Part shown: in pieces, positions 36,510-44,801 of the stretch
Position numbering within the stretch: position 1 is the first letter of the stretch
Layout: each line of letters begins with the position of its first letter
DNA from: Candidatus Saccharimonadales bacterium
GTDB lineage: Bacteria > Patescibacteriota > Saccharimonadia > Saccharimonadales > 2-12-FULL-41-12
Direction of reading: 5' to 3'
Length of the DNA: 62,437 bases
NCBI GenBank assembly: GCA_036278875.1
Contig: DASUKF010000021.1
Span: 1-62,437, forward strand
Notes under the pieces: generated by a model
Seen by the model: the letters and a program-made list of their open reading frames with translations, nothing else
What the model was told of the DNA's origin: nothing
The model's database searches: none
Made by a program: the position numbers and the translations under genes

Positions 36510-36581
36510 ATGATTTTAAATGTTAAACGCGGTTTGAGCATGTGTCGCAGCTGTATGCACGGCTGTTGCCTCAATTGTTAG
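36510..36581 (+). CDS. Candidate Cys-rich leader peptide MILNVKRGLSMCRSCMHGCCLNC (23 aa)
   Basis: The last 13 codons include 5 Cys and 2 Met. The ORF sits between a promoter and an intrinsic terminator, upstream of cysH. Confidence 0.5.
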   Translation: MILNVKRGLSMCRSCMHGCCLNC

Positions 36582-36600
36582 ATTAAATAAAGCTAACCAT

Positions 36601-36631
36601 AACCTCCCGAGCAACAGCCGGGAGGTTTTTT
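36601..36631 (+). terminator. Intrinsic terminator within the cysH leader
   Basis: AACCTCCCG-AGCAACAGC-CGGGAGGTT is a 9 bp stem ending in a T6 run. Its loop and top are complementary to 36560-36572 in the leader ORF. Confidence 0.75.
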
Positions 36632-36656
36632 AATTTGTCAAAAATAGGAGAATGGA

Positions 36657-37385
36657 ATGACTTACAAGATTAAATCAATAGCAGCCGACATAGCTCGCCT
36701 GAACAACCGTCTTGACGGCTTAAGCCCGGAAGAGATAATCCGCTGGGCTGATAGGAGCTTTGCCGGCGGCCTGTATGCCGCCTCAAGCTTCGGCGCCGAA
36801 TCGGCGCTGCTTTTAAGCGCTATTAAAAAAACCGGAATCAGCATACCGATAGTTACTATCGACACCGGATTCTGGTTTCCTGAAACGCATGAGTTCATGG
36901 ATCGTCTGGCGGACGAATACGGCCTGGATATACGGGTATTCAGCCCGGATAAAGAAGATATAAAGCGCATAGACAAGACTTTCCTTTGGACTGACAGTAT
37001 AGAATCGTACAACCGGATAACCAAGCTGGAGCCTATGAGCCGGGCCGCCGAAGAGCTTGGCATCAGAGCGTTATTGTCCGGAGCGCGTCGTTATCAGACC
37101 GCTGGCCGCTCCAGGCTGCGTCACCTGGAGGTAGGAAATGACGGCGAAATACGGATTTATCCGTTCATAGACTGGACACGCGAAGAAGTGGAGAAGCTGT
37201 TCCGGCGCAAAGAATTGCCCAGACACCCCCTATACGACCTGGGGTATGAATCCATAGGCGACTGGACGATAACCCGGCCGGGTACGGGACGTGACGGCAG
37301 AAACCTCGGTATAAGAAACGAATGCGGTCTTCATATACTGCCGGGAAGCAACAAGCATTTTCAGACCATCCGGCCAACAGGATAA
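36657..37385 (+). CDS. cysH: Phosphoadenosine phosphosulfate (PAPS) reductase
   Basis: 242 aa. PP-loop-like SSFGAESALL, DTGFWFPET, GARRYQTAGRS, C-terminal catalytic motif ECGLH. No Fe-S cysteine cluster. SD AGGAG. Confidence 0.85.
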   Translation: MTYKIKSIAADIARLNNRLDGLSPEEIIRWADRSFAGGLYAASSFGAESALLLSAIKKTGISIPIVTIDTGFWFPETHEFMDRLADEYGLDIRVFSPDKEDIKRIDKTFLWTDSIESYNRITKLEPMSRAAEELGIRALLSGARRYQTAGRSRLRHLEVGNDGEIRIYPFIDWTREEVEKLFRRKELPRHPLYDLGYESIGDWTITRPGTGRDGRNLGIRNECGLHILPGSNKHFQTIRPTG

Positions 37386-37501
37386 AAATACTTTACAAAC
37401 TTCTTAGTTTGCTTTAACATATTTTGGTAGCTTGCGTGGGTATTAGTATACTCATGCTAAAATATTTCTAACTATCAATATTCAAGGAGACCAAAGAACA
37501 A

Positions 37502-38683
37502 ATGGCAGACTTTGATCGAAGCAAACCCCATATTAACGTCGGTACCATGGGTCACGTTGACCACGGTAAGACTACATTAACCGCGGCTATTACCGCCGTG
37601 CTGGCCAAGAAACTTCCCAGCGATGTCAACAAGCCTATAGCTTATGACCAGATTGACAATGCCCCCGAGGAAAAACAGCGTGGTATCACCATCGCTACCT
37701 CCCACCAGGAATACGAAAGTGAAAAACGCCACTACGCACACGTTGACATGCCGGGACATGCCGACTACGTAAAGAATATGATTACCGGTGCTGCGCAGGT
37801 AGACGGTGCTATCTTGGTCGTTTCTGCCGCAGACGGCCCTATGCCTCAGACCCGCGAACACGTGCTACTGGCACGCCAGGTCGGTGTACCCAGCATATTG
37901 GTATTTATGAACAAGATGGACCTGGCCGATCCCGAATTGGTCGAGCTGGTTGAAGAAGATATCCGCGACCTGCTTGCTAAGAACGATTTCGACCGAGACT
38001 GTCCTATTATCAAGGGTTCTGCCACTAAGGCTCTTGAAGGTTCTGCAGAGGACGAAGACGCTATCATGGAACTGATTAAGGCCATGGACGACTATATTCC
38101 GGAGCCTAAGCGCGACCTCGACAAGCCTTTCCTGATGCCTATCGAGGACGTATTCTCCATCAAAGGACGTGGTACTGTTGCTACCGGACGTATCGAAACC
38201 GGTATAGTTAAAATGAACGACGAAGTAGAAATCGTCGGTATCAAAGACACTCACAAAACCGTTGTTACAGGGATTGAAGCATTCAAGAAAAACCTCGACC
38301 AGGGTCAGGCGGGCGATAACGCAGGCCTTCTGCTCCGAGGTATAGAGCGCGATGATATAGAGCGTGGACAGGTACTTTGCAAGCCGGGTTCTATTACTCC
38401 GCACACTGAATTTGACGCGGAAGTATATGTCCTTACCAAGGAAGAAGGCGGACGGCACACACCGTTCTTCAAAGGTTACAAGCCTCAGTTTTATTTCCGA
38501 ACCACTGATGTTACCGGCGAAGTCGAACTTCCGGCTGACAAAGAGATGGTCATGCCCGGCGACACCGTAACATTCAAGGTCAAACTGCTCGCGCCTATTG
38601 CTATGGACCAGGGTCTTCGCTTCGCTATTCGCGAAGGCGGACGAACCGTAGGCGCCGGCGTCGTTACAAAAATCAACAAATAG
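37502..38683 (+). CDS. tuf: Elongation factor Tu
   Basis: 393 aa. [27 protein letters not shown]. Conserved throughout. Confidence 0.97.
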   Translation: MADFDRSKPHINVGTMGHVDHGKTTLTAAITAVLAKKLPSDVNKPIAYDQIDNAPEEKQRGITIATSHQEYESEKRHYAHVDMPGHADYVKNMITGAAQVDGAILVVSAADGPMPQTREHVLLARQVGVPSILVFMNKMDLADPELVELVEEDIRDLLAKNDFDRDCPIIKGSATKALEGSAEDEDAIMELIKAMDDYIPEPKRDLDKPFLMPIEDVFSIKGRGTVATGRIETGIVKMNDEVEIVGIKDTHKTVVTGIEAFKKNLDQGQAGDNAGLLLRGIERDDIERGQVLCKPGSITPHTEFDAEVYVLTKEEGGRHTPFFKGYKPQFYFRTTDVTGEVELPADKEMVMPGDTVTFKVKLLAPIAMDQGLRFAIREGGRTVGAGVVTKINK

Positions 38684-38699
38684 ATAAAAGCAAAAAGCT

Positions 38700-38731
38700 A
38701 AAAAGCCCTGGCTGGCAAGTCGGGGTTTTTT
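38700..38731 (+). terminator. Intrinsic terminator after tuf
   Basis: The A-run, then GCCCTGGC-TGGCAA-GTCGGGG (7 bp stem with two G:U pairs), then T6. Confidence 0.7.
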
Positions 38732-38750
38732 ATGTTATAACTAATCAATT

Positions 38751-39551
38751 ATGTCAAATCCGGAAGCATCTCTGCTGGGTGAATGGCTGGGGGCAGAGCA
38801 GTATGAACTGGCTATGCCGGCCGGATGGCTGCGTGTCTTTGCCCATACGGGCACCTTAAAAGCACTAGAGAAACACGGCGTAGAACCGACCAGTGTACGC
38901 GGGGCAAGTGCCGGCGCAGAAGCCGGTGGTTTGTATGCTGCCGGCATGGATCCGGAAGATATAGAAAAGTTTTTGATAGGTATTCGACGTAAAGATGTGT
39001 GGGATCCTGATTATACATTCGGCTTGCTTAGACACGGATTAAAAAGCCGCACGGGTTTTTTAAAAGGAAGGCTGCTTGAAGGAAAATTCCGCGAAGCGGT
39101 AGGCGATGTACAGATCCAGGACTTGGCTATGAAGCTTAGCATTTCGGTGACGGATGTTTTGAGCTGGGACGCCGAAGCCCTAACCGAAGGCGATCTGCCA
39201 CGTGCTATGACTGCTTCGTCCGCGTTTCCGTTCTGGCTGCAACCCCAACTGGTAAACGGACGGCCGAAATTAGACGGCGGTATAAAAGATCACGCCGGAC
39301 TGGCCGACTCCCCCAAAGATGAGCGTACTTTCTTTGCCGGCCATGAACCTCACGGCTTCAGGTCAAGGTTTGACAGGGGAGATACTGAGGCATTCGAGGG
39401 CCGGACAAATATAGCGGTACTCGAGATTCCCGGTATACCATCAGTAAGTCCTTTTGCTTTGGAGGAGGGTAAGGCAGCTATTAACCACGCTATGGAATAT
39501 ACCGAACAAGCCCTATACCTGCCCGTCGAAGGGCAATTTGGAGAAATTTAA
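38751..39551 (+). CDS. Patatin-like phospholipase with a degenerate oxyanion-hole motif
   Basis: 266 aa. GxSxG nucleophile GASAG and catalytic DGG (KLDGGIKDH). The position of the usual GGGxRG reads PAGWLR. TGtTATAAC lies 9 nt before the ATG. Confidence 0.75.
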   Translation: MSNPEASLLGEWLGAEQYELAMPAGWLRVFAHTGTLKALEKHGVEPTSVRGASAGAEAGGLYAAGMDPEDIEKFLIGIRRKDVWDPDYTFGLLRHGLKSRTGFLKGRLLEGKFREAVGDVQIQDLAMKLSISVTDVLSWDAEALTEGDLPRAMTASSAFPFWLQPQLVNGRPKLDGGIKDHAGLADSPKDERTFFAGHEPHGFRSRFDRGDTEAFEGRTNIAVLEIPGIPSVSPFALEEGKAAINHAMEYTEQALYLPVEGQFGEI

Positions 39552-39594
39552 AAAAGATGTTATAATTATATAAATAATCAGAGAAAGAAGTAAA

Positions 39595-40131
39595 ATGCAC
39601 AAGAGAGTAGAGCCCACCTATGAAGTTAATTTCATTGAACGCCTTGAAAACGGCGAGATAGGCCGATGGGCGTCGGCGTATGTAAGCGGTTTTAAGGAAG
39701 GCGAAAGCCGCCATGAGCAGGTTGAAAAAACTTTAGGCAAGCTGGGTTCTCCCGTCGTTGACGGCGATTTTAAAATGCGCCGCATGAGAACCGCGGAACT
39801 GCATGCTGCCCTCAGAAAGAACGGGCGGGAAGGCAGCGCTCCGGATATACAGGAATTTGGCGGCTTGACTGCGCACATTACCCATCCTGAAGGTGAAGAC
39901 TTAAAAAGAGTGCGGGACGAGCGGCTGGAAATGGTCGCCGAATGGATAGTGGACATAGAAGCGGTCCAGCAGGGACAGTATGCTGGCTTTGGTGCTATTA
40001 GAAGCGGCCTGGGCCTGATAACCAGACAGAACGCCGATAGACTGGAAGCCCAGATAAGAGACAGGCATGGGCCTATATATAACAACGGCCAGTCTGGCTC
40101 AAACGTGGTGGAGTTACCTAAGACTGCCTAA
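39595..40131 (+). CDS. Hypothetical protein (178 aa)
   Basis: ORF preceded by the extended -10 TGtTATAAT (39558-39566) and a purine-rich SD-like tract. No family recognised. Confidence 0.5.
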   Translation: MHKRVEPTYEVNFIERLENGEIGRWASAYVSGFKEGESRHEQVEKTLGKLGSPVVDGDFKMRRMRTAELHAALRKNGREGSAPDIQEFGGLTAHITHPEGEDLKRVRDERLEMVAEWIVDIEAVQQGQYAGFGAIRSGLGLITRQNADRLEAQIRDRHGPIYNNGQSGSNVVELPKTA

Positions 40132-40274
40132 GCATTCCATTGCCTGACACTTGTCAGCCGCAGTAAAATAAGTTATCATTGAGCCCTAAATTAAACCAGC
40201 TGACTAAAAGTTATTTTGAAAAGACAGAATAATGTTACAGCAGACTAACGATAAGTTAGAAAGGAACAACACCT

Positions 40275-40619
40275 ATGGCAACGACACCTCCTCCGGCGGA
40301 CGGTAAAAAAGAAAGCAAGCAGCGTATACGCATACGCCTGAAGGCTTATGACCACAAGGTCATCGACCAATCTGCCAAACAGATTGTAGATACGGCGGTC
40401 AGGACGGGCGCGACTATTTCCGGCCCTATTCCGCTGCCTACCCGCAGGAGTACTTTCACGGTGGTAAAAAGCCCCCATGTGTTCAAAAAGGGCCGCGAGC
40501 AGTTCGAGATGCGCGTGCACAAACGCCTGATAGACGTGCTTGATCCGACCCCAAAGACGATTGACTCGCTTATGAATCTTTCACTTCCCGCCGGCTGCGA
40601 CGCCGAAATCAAAATGTAG
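40275..40619 (+). CDS. rpsJ: 30S ribosomal protein S10
   Basis: [24 protein letters not shown]...GPIPLPT...[28 protein letters not shown]. Confidence 0.95.
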   Translation: MATTPPPADGKKESKQRIRIRLKAYDHKVIDQSAKQIVDTAVRTGATISGPIPLPTRRSTFTVVKSPHVFKKGREQFEMRVHKRLIDVLDPTPKTIDSLMNLSLPAGCDAEIKM

Positions 40620-40723
40620 CCACATAATGCGGGTCTTTTATAGCGCTCATGTTTCAAAATATTATTGCTGTATTTTGAATAATATGCTATACGTAATATG
40701 AGTAATACGGGAGAAGACAAAAA

Positions 40724-41440
40724 GTGAGAGAGCGAATAGGTGAAATAGCCAAGAAAACAAAAGAAAATCTTAAAAAAGTCACGGCTGTAGCCGCCATAGC
40801 AGGGAGTGGAGCGTTGTTCTTGGCAGGATGCGGCGTAGGTGATGTATTGCCGCACGACAAAAGCCAGGATTATCCTACCCATACACTTAAAGAAGCTAGA
40901 AAAACGGCTCTTAATAAATACGAGCATAAACTTGGCAGAATGAATCCTTCCGAAAAATTTGCCGCACAATATTTAGGCGTCTTTGCGGCTGACGTAGTAA
41001 AGACCAAAGCGACTGACTATGACGGAGAAAACTTAAGCGTGAAAGATTTTTATAAATTTAAGATCAATAATGCGTGTCTTAAGGGCACTGTTTTTGATAT
41101 AGCCGGCGGCGAATTAAAGATAACGGCTAACGGCTTCTTGTCCTCGTTAAGCGCCAGGGCTGATTTTCCTGCCCCGGCAGCATTTGCTTATGTAGGCGGA
41201 TCCCGCCCCGATGTCTTGCACGTTAAGCCTATAGGGCAAGACGGCAGTTCTTACGGGCTGTCTTTCAGGGGCGTGGAAGGAAATGACCAATTGTCGCCCC
41301 TGGATCAGTTTACATCTGATGTGCTTGATACGAACGGTTGTGATACGGGTTTAGTCAGTCATGTGACTGTAGGCGAGGACCCGGATGACATTATGCAGTT
41401 CAACGACTTCCAGAAATACGCATACACTGTCCCTAGGTAG
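40724..41440 (+). CDS. Hypothetical lipoprotein inserted between rpsJ and rplC
   Basis: GTG start with SD GGGAGAAG 7 nt upstream. Signal peptide plus lipobox ([13 protein letters not shown]). 238 aa, no family recognised. Confidence 0.6.
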   Translation: MRERIGEIAKKTKENLKKVTAVAAIAGSGALFLAGCGVGDVLPHDKSQDYPTHTLKEARKTALNKYEHKLGRMNPSEKFAAQYLGVFAADVVKTKATDYDGENLSVKDFYKFKINNACLKGTVFDIAGGELKITANGFLSSLSARADFPAPAAFAYVGGSRPDVLHVKPIGQDGSSYGLSFRGVEGNDQLSPLDQFTSDVLDTNGCDTGLVSHVTVGEDPDDIMQFNDFQKYAYTVPR

Positions 41441-41467
41441 TTTAGTTTTTGTAGAATTTACCACGCA

Positions 41468-41497
41468 TTGACTAGTGTTAGCCTTTTGTGGTAATCT
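41468..41497 (+). promoter_or_regulatory. Candidate promoter for rplC and the downstream genes: TTGACT, 18 nt spacer, extended -10 TGgTAATCT
   Basis: -35 at 41468-41473, TGG at 41489-41491, -10 at 41492-41497. Confidence 0.45.
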
Positions 41498-41524
41498 GTT
41501 ATGGTCTGTTGATGAATAATCGCG

Positions 41525-41589
41525 CATGGCGCGTCTTGGAAGGTCTATCTCGACAGAGGTAGAAACCACCGACCGCCATGATTTTATTG
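41525..41589 (+). promoter_or_regulatory. Long irregular stem-loop followed by a U-rich tract in the rplC leader (attenuator-like)
   Basis: CATGGCG (41525-41531) pairs with CGCCATG (41574-41580). This encloses the hairpin GGTCTATCTC-GACA-GAGGTAG(AA)ACC (41542-41567) and is followed by ATTTTATT. A competing local hairpin CGCGC-ATG-GCGCG lies at 41521-41533. Confidence 0.35.
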
Positions 41590-41616
41590 TCAGCTTAAAA
41601 TAAAGGAGCAAGTAGC

Positions 41617-42234
41617 TTGAAGGCACTTATAACCCGAAAACTCGGTATGACTAGCGCTATCACTGAAGATGGCAGCGTTGCTGCTGTTACCCTGCTTTCC
41701 GCTCCTGCCAATGTAGTGACGCAGATTAAGAATGCCGAAACGGACGGCTATCAGGCAGTCCAGTTGGGCTTTGAAGAGTCAAAGAAACTTTCCAAATCCG
41801 TACTGGGCCACCTTAAGCCGGCAAAAACGAATGCCAAGGTGATGTGCGAAATCCGCGTGGATGAATTGCCTGAAGAGCTTAAGGTCGGCGAAAAGATAAG
41901 CGCCGACCTTTTTAGTGAAGGCGATGTAGTGAGTGCTACCGGCACCAGCAAAGGAAAAGGTTTTGCCGGTACTATAAAGCGCCACAATTTCCATCGCGGC
42001 CGCAAGACCCACGGCGGACGCAGCTATCGCCGCCCGGGCTCCATCGGTTCTATGTATCCGCAGAAGATTTTCAAGGGTAAGAAAATGGCCGGGCAGATGG
42101 GGGACGAGAAGGTAACCGTTAAGAACCTGAAGATTGCGCTTGTTGATAACGAGCATAGTGTAATAGGTGTTTTCGGCGCCGTTCCCGGTCCCAGGAAAGG
42201 ACTTGTAGTCCTGAAAGGAGCCAACAATGGCTAA
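41617..42234 (+). CDS. rplC: 50S ribosomal protein L3 (TTG start)
   Basis: MKALITRKLGMTS..., GTSKGKGFAGTIKRHNF. SD AAGGAG 8 nt upstream. Confidence 0.95.
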   Translation: MKALITRKLGMTSAITEDGSVAAVTLLSAPANVVTQIKNAETDGYQAVQLGFEESKKLSKSVLGHLKPAKTNAKVMCEIRVDELPEELKVGEKISADLFSEGDVVSATGTSKGKGFAGTIKRHNFHRGRKTHGGRSYRRPGSIGSMYPQKIFKGKKMAGQMGDEKVTVKNLKIALVDNEHSVIGVFGAVPGPRKGLVVLKGANNG

Positions 42235-42901
42235 TGCTGTCAGTTATTCCGCGGCAGGTGTAAAGTCCGGAGCTAAAACGGCGCTTGATAAATCCGTATT
42301 CGGCCTTGAGGTTAAAAGCCACGGCCTTCTCCGCTATGCTTATCAGGTGTTTTTAGACAACGGACGCGTCAACCTGGCCAAGACCAAGACAAGGGGTGAA
42401 GTTATCGGCAGTACAAAGAAACCGTGGCGGCAAAAAGGCACCGGGCGCGCTCGTTTCGGCTCCAGGTACAACCCTATCTGGCGCGGCGGCGGTATAATCT
42501 TCGGTCCCCGCGGAGTAGAAAATTACTCCAAGAAATTCAACACCAAAGCCAAGAAACAGGCTGTAAGACAGGCTTTGAGCCTCTCCGCAGCTGAAGACCG
42601 CGTAAAGATCATTGACGATTTCGCATCCAAGGACGGCAAAACCAAGAAAAGTGCCGCTCTGCTCAATAAAATAGAGGCTGAAGGCCGCGTACTTCTGGTG
42701 GTTGACAAAAAAGACGGTCAGGTACTGCGTTCTGTAAATAATCTTCCGAACGTTGACGTTTCCAGCCCGAATTACCTTAACGTTTATAAGATAATGAATG
42801 CCGATACTCTGGTAATTACTAAAAAATCGCTTGGATCCATTTCCGAATGGCTGTCTGACAAGGCCAAGCCTCAAGCCAAGAAAGCAAAAAAGGCCGAATA
42901 A
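42227..42901 (+). CDS. rplD: 50S ribosomal protein L4
   Basis: [15 protein letters not shown]...[12 protein letters not shown]. Lys-rich C-terminal tail. Confidence 0.95.
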   Translation: MANAVSYSAAGVKSGAKTALDKSVFGLEVKSHGLLRYAYQVFLDNGRVNLAKTKTRGEVIGSTKKPWRQKGTGRARFGSRYNPIWRGGGIIFGPRGVENYSKKFNTKAKKQAVRQALSLSAAEDRVKIIDDFASKDGKTKKSAALLNKIEAEGRVLLVVDKKDGQVLRSVNNLPNVDVSSPNYLNVYKIMNADTLVITKKSLGSISEWLSDKAKPQAKKAKKAE

Positions 42902-43275
42902 TGAGCAAGACGATGATTCTAAAACCGAGGATGAGCGAAAAAGCCTACGCGCAAAGCCATGCGGTGAACACCTATGCTTTCGACGTCCCTAAGACTGCCA
43001 ACAAGATTAGCGTTGCCAAAGCGGTAACCGAGCAGTTCAAAGTCACCGTGGAAAACGTGCGTATAGCCGTAGTTAAGGGCAAAAAGGCCCGTTCCATACG
43101 CATCGGCGGCACCCGCAAGGTCGTGTCCGGCAAAAGACCCGATGTAAAGAAAGCTTATGTTCGCATCAAAACCGGCGAAACCATTCCTATCTTCGCAAGC
43201 ATTGACGAGGCAGAAGAAAAGGCGCGCAAGGCCGAGGAAAAAGCAGCTAAGAAAGCCAAGAAGGATGCCAAATAA
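42901..43275 (+). CDS. rplW: 50S ribosomal protein L23
   Basis: ILKPRMSEKAY..., FDVPKTANKISVAKAV, KKAYVRIK. Lys/Ala/Glu-rich tail. Confidence 0.93.
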   Translation: MSKTMILKPRMSEKAYAQSHAVNTYAFDVPKTANKISVAKAVTEQFKVTVENVRIAVVKGKKARSIRIGGTRKVVSGKRPDVKKAYVRIKTGETIPIFASIDEAEEKARKAEEKAAKKAKKDAK

Positions 43276-44129
43276 TGCCTATTAAGACATACAAGCCTAC
43301 TACTCCCGGCCGCCGCGGCATGACTACGCAGAACATGGATGATATCACCGCTAAGAAGCCTGTAAAATCGCTCATCAGAATAAGGAAGCAAAAAAGCGGC
43401 AGGAACAATCAGGGCCGCATAACAACCCGTCATAAGGGCGGTGGAGCCAAGAAGTTTTACCGCATAATCAATTACAGGCCCGATGAAGGCGCTCAATTGA
43501 AAGTGGAACAGATAGAATACGACCCTAATCGCAGCGCCCGCATCGCCCGGGTCAAAGACGAGAACGGCGCTTATCATTACATACTGGCATCCTCCGCGAT
43601 GAAACCGGGCAAGACCGTCAAGGTCGGCAGCGAAGCTCCCATTGAGAGCGGCAACCGTCTGAAACTTGCTGATATTCCTGCCGGCAGTCAGGTCCATGCC
43701 GTCGAACTGGAACCGGGCAGAGGCGCTCAATTGGTACGAAGTGCCGGCGCAAGCGCACAGCTCATGGCCAAGGATAACGGCTATGCCCAGCTTAAGCTTC
43801 CCAGCGGCGAAGTAAGGATCGTCAAACTGGACTGCATGGCGTCCATAGGCACTATCGGCAACATGCAGCATCAGAATATCAAGGTAGGCAAGGCGGGCCG
43901 CAACCGGCACAAAGGTATCAGGCCTAGCGTGCGCGGCGTAGTCATGAACGCGGCCGACCATCCGCATGGCGGTGGTGACGGCGGAAGACACGGTATCGGC
44001 GGCGGTAAGAACCACGGTGCCGCTCCGAAGACGCCCTGGGGCCAGAAGACACTGGGCTACAAGACACGCAGGCGCAAGAGCACAGATAAGTACATAATCA
44101 GAAACCGCCGGGCAGGCAAGAGGAGATAA
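43275..44129 (+). CDS. rplB: 50S ribosomal protein L2
   Basis: MPIKTYKPTTPGRRGM, RHKGGGAKK, MNAADHPHGGGDG. Confidence 0.97.
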   Translation: MPIKTYKPTTPGRRGMTTQNMDDITAKKPVKSLIRIRKQKSGRNNQGRITTRHKGGGAKKFYRIINYRPDEGAQLKVEQIEYDPNRSARIARVKDENGAYHYILASSAMKPGKTVKVGSEAPIESGNRLKLADIPAGSQVHAVELEPGRGAQLVRSAGASAQLMAKDNGYAQLKLPSGEVRIVKLDCMASIGTIGNMQHQNIKVGKAGRNRHKGIRPSVRGVVMNAADHPHGGGDGGRHGIGGGKNHGAAPKTPWGQKTLGYKTRRRKSTDKYIIRNRRAGKRR

Positions 44130-44138
44130 GGATAGATC

Positions 44139-44414
44139 ATGAGCAGAAGTTTGAAGAAAGGACCGTTCGTAGACCCGAAGCTGGCTCGCAAAGTAGCCGC
44201 TCTCGGCAAAGAGGACAGGACAGTTATCAAGACCTGGGCCCGCTATAGCGCCATTCCGCCGGAATTCGTCGGGCGCACCATAGCAGTCCATAACGGCAAA
44301 ACGCACGTTCCTGTATTCATAACGGAGAACATGGTCGGCCATAAGCTGGGAGAGTTCGCTCCTACCCGCAAATTCCGAAGACACGGCGGTAAGCTCGCGA
44401 AAGGACAGGCGTAA
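44139..44414 (+). CDS. rpsS: 30S ribosomal protein S19
   Basis: [35 protein letters not shown]. Confidence 0.96.
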   Translation: MSRSLKKGPFVDPKLARKVAALGKEDRTVIKTWARYSAIPPEFVGRTIAVHNGKTHVPVFITENMVGHKLGEFAPTRKFRRHGGKLAKGQA

Positions 44415-44800
44415 TGAGCAGTATAGTTAAAGCCAGTGCAAAAGGAGTACGCATGAGCCCGCGCAAAGTCGGTGTCGTAGCTGCTTTGGTCCGCGGACGC
44501 AGTGTTACTGACGCCATAACTATCCTGGAGAATGTTCCGCGCCGTTCAAGCCAGCCGGTCAAGAAGGTCATAGAAAGCGCCAAGGCCAATGCCGAGAACA
44601 ATCACAACCTGCAGGGTAGCAGTCTGGTGCTATCCAGGATTTCAGTAACTCCCGGCCCCAGGATTAAGAGATACCGCCCTGCCGCACGCGGCAGTGCTCT
44701 GCCTTATCAGAGGAAATCCAGCCATATTTTCGTAGAAATAGAAGGCGAGCCTAAGCCGGCTAAGAAGCCTGCGGCAACAACCAAGAAGGAGGCCAAATAA
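44414..44800 (+). CDS. rplV: 50S ribosomal protein L22
   Basis: VRMSPRKVGVVAALVRGRSVTDAITIL...SAKANAENN. Confidence 0.94.
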   Translation: MSSIVKASAKGVRMSPRKVGVVAALVRGRSVTDAITILENVPRRSSQPVKKVIESAKANAENNHNLQGSSLVLSRISVTPGPRIKRYRPAARGSALPYQRKSSHIFVEIEGEPKPAKKPAATTKKEAK

Positions 44801-44801
44801 C

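Noticed and set aside
36510-36581. The Cys-rich 23 aa peptide as a RiPP precursor, bacteriocin or metallothionein-like product.
   Set aside because: No modification, export or immunity genes are adjacent. The ORF is followed by a terminator whose loop is complementary to the Cys-codon region, and then by cysH, which fits attenuation better. This alternative is kept in the finding's refutation criteria.
43155-44384. 409 aa ORF on the minus strand.
   Set aside because: It lies entirely antisense to rplW, rplB and rpsS, whose products are unmistakable. Its translation is Ala/Arg/Gly-rich low-complexity sequence, typical of the antisense frame of a highly expressed gene.
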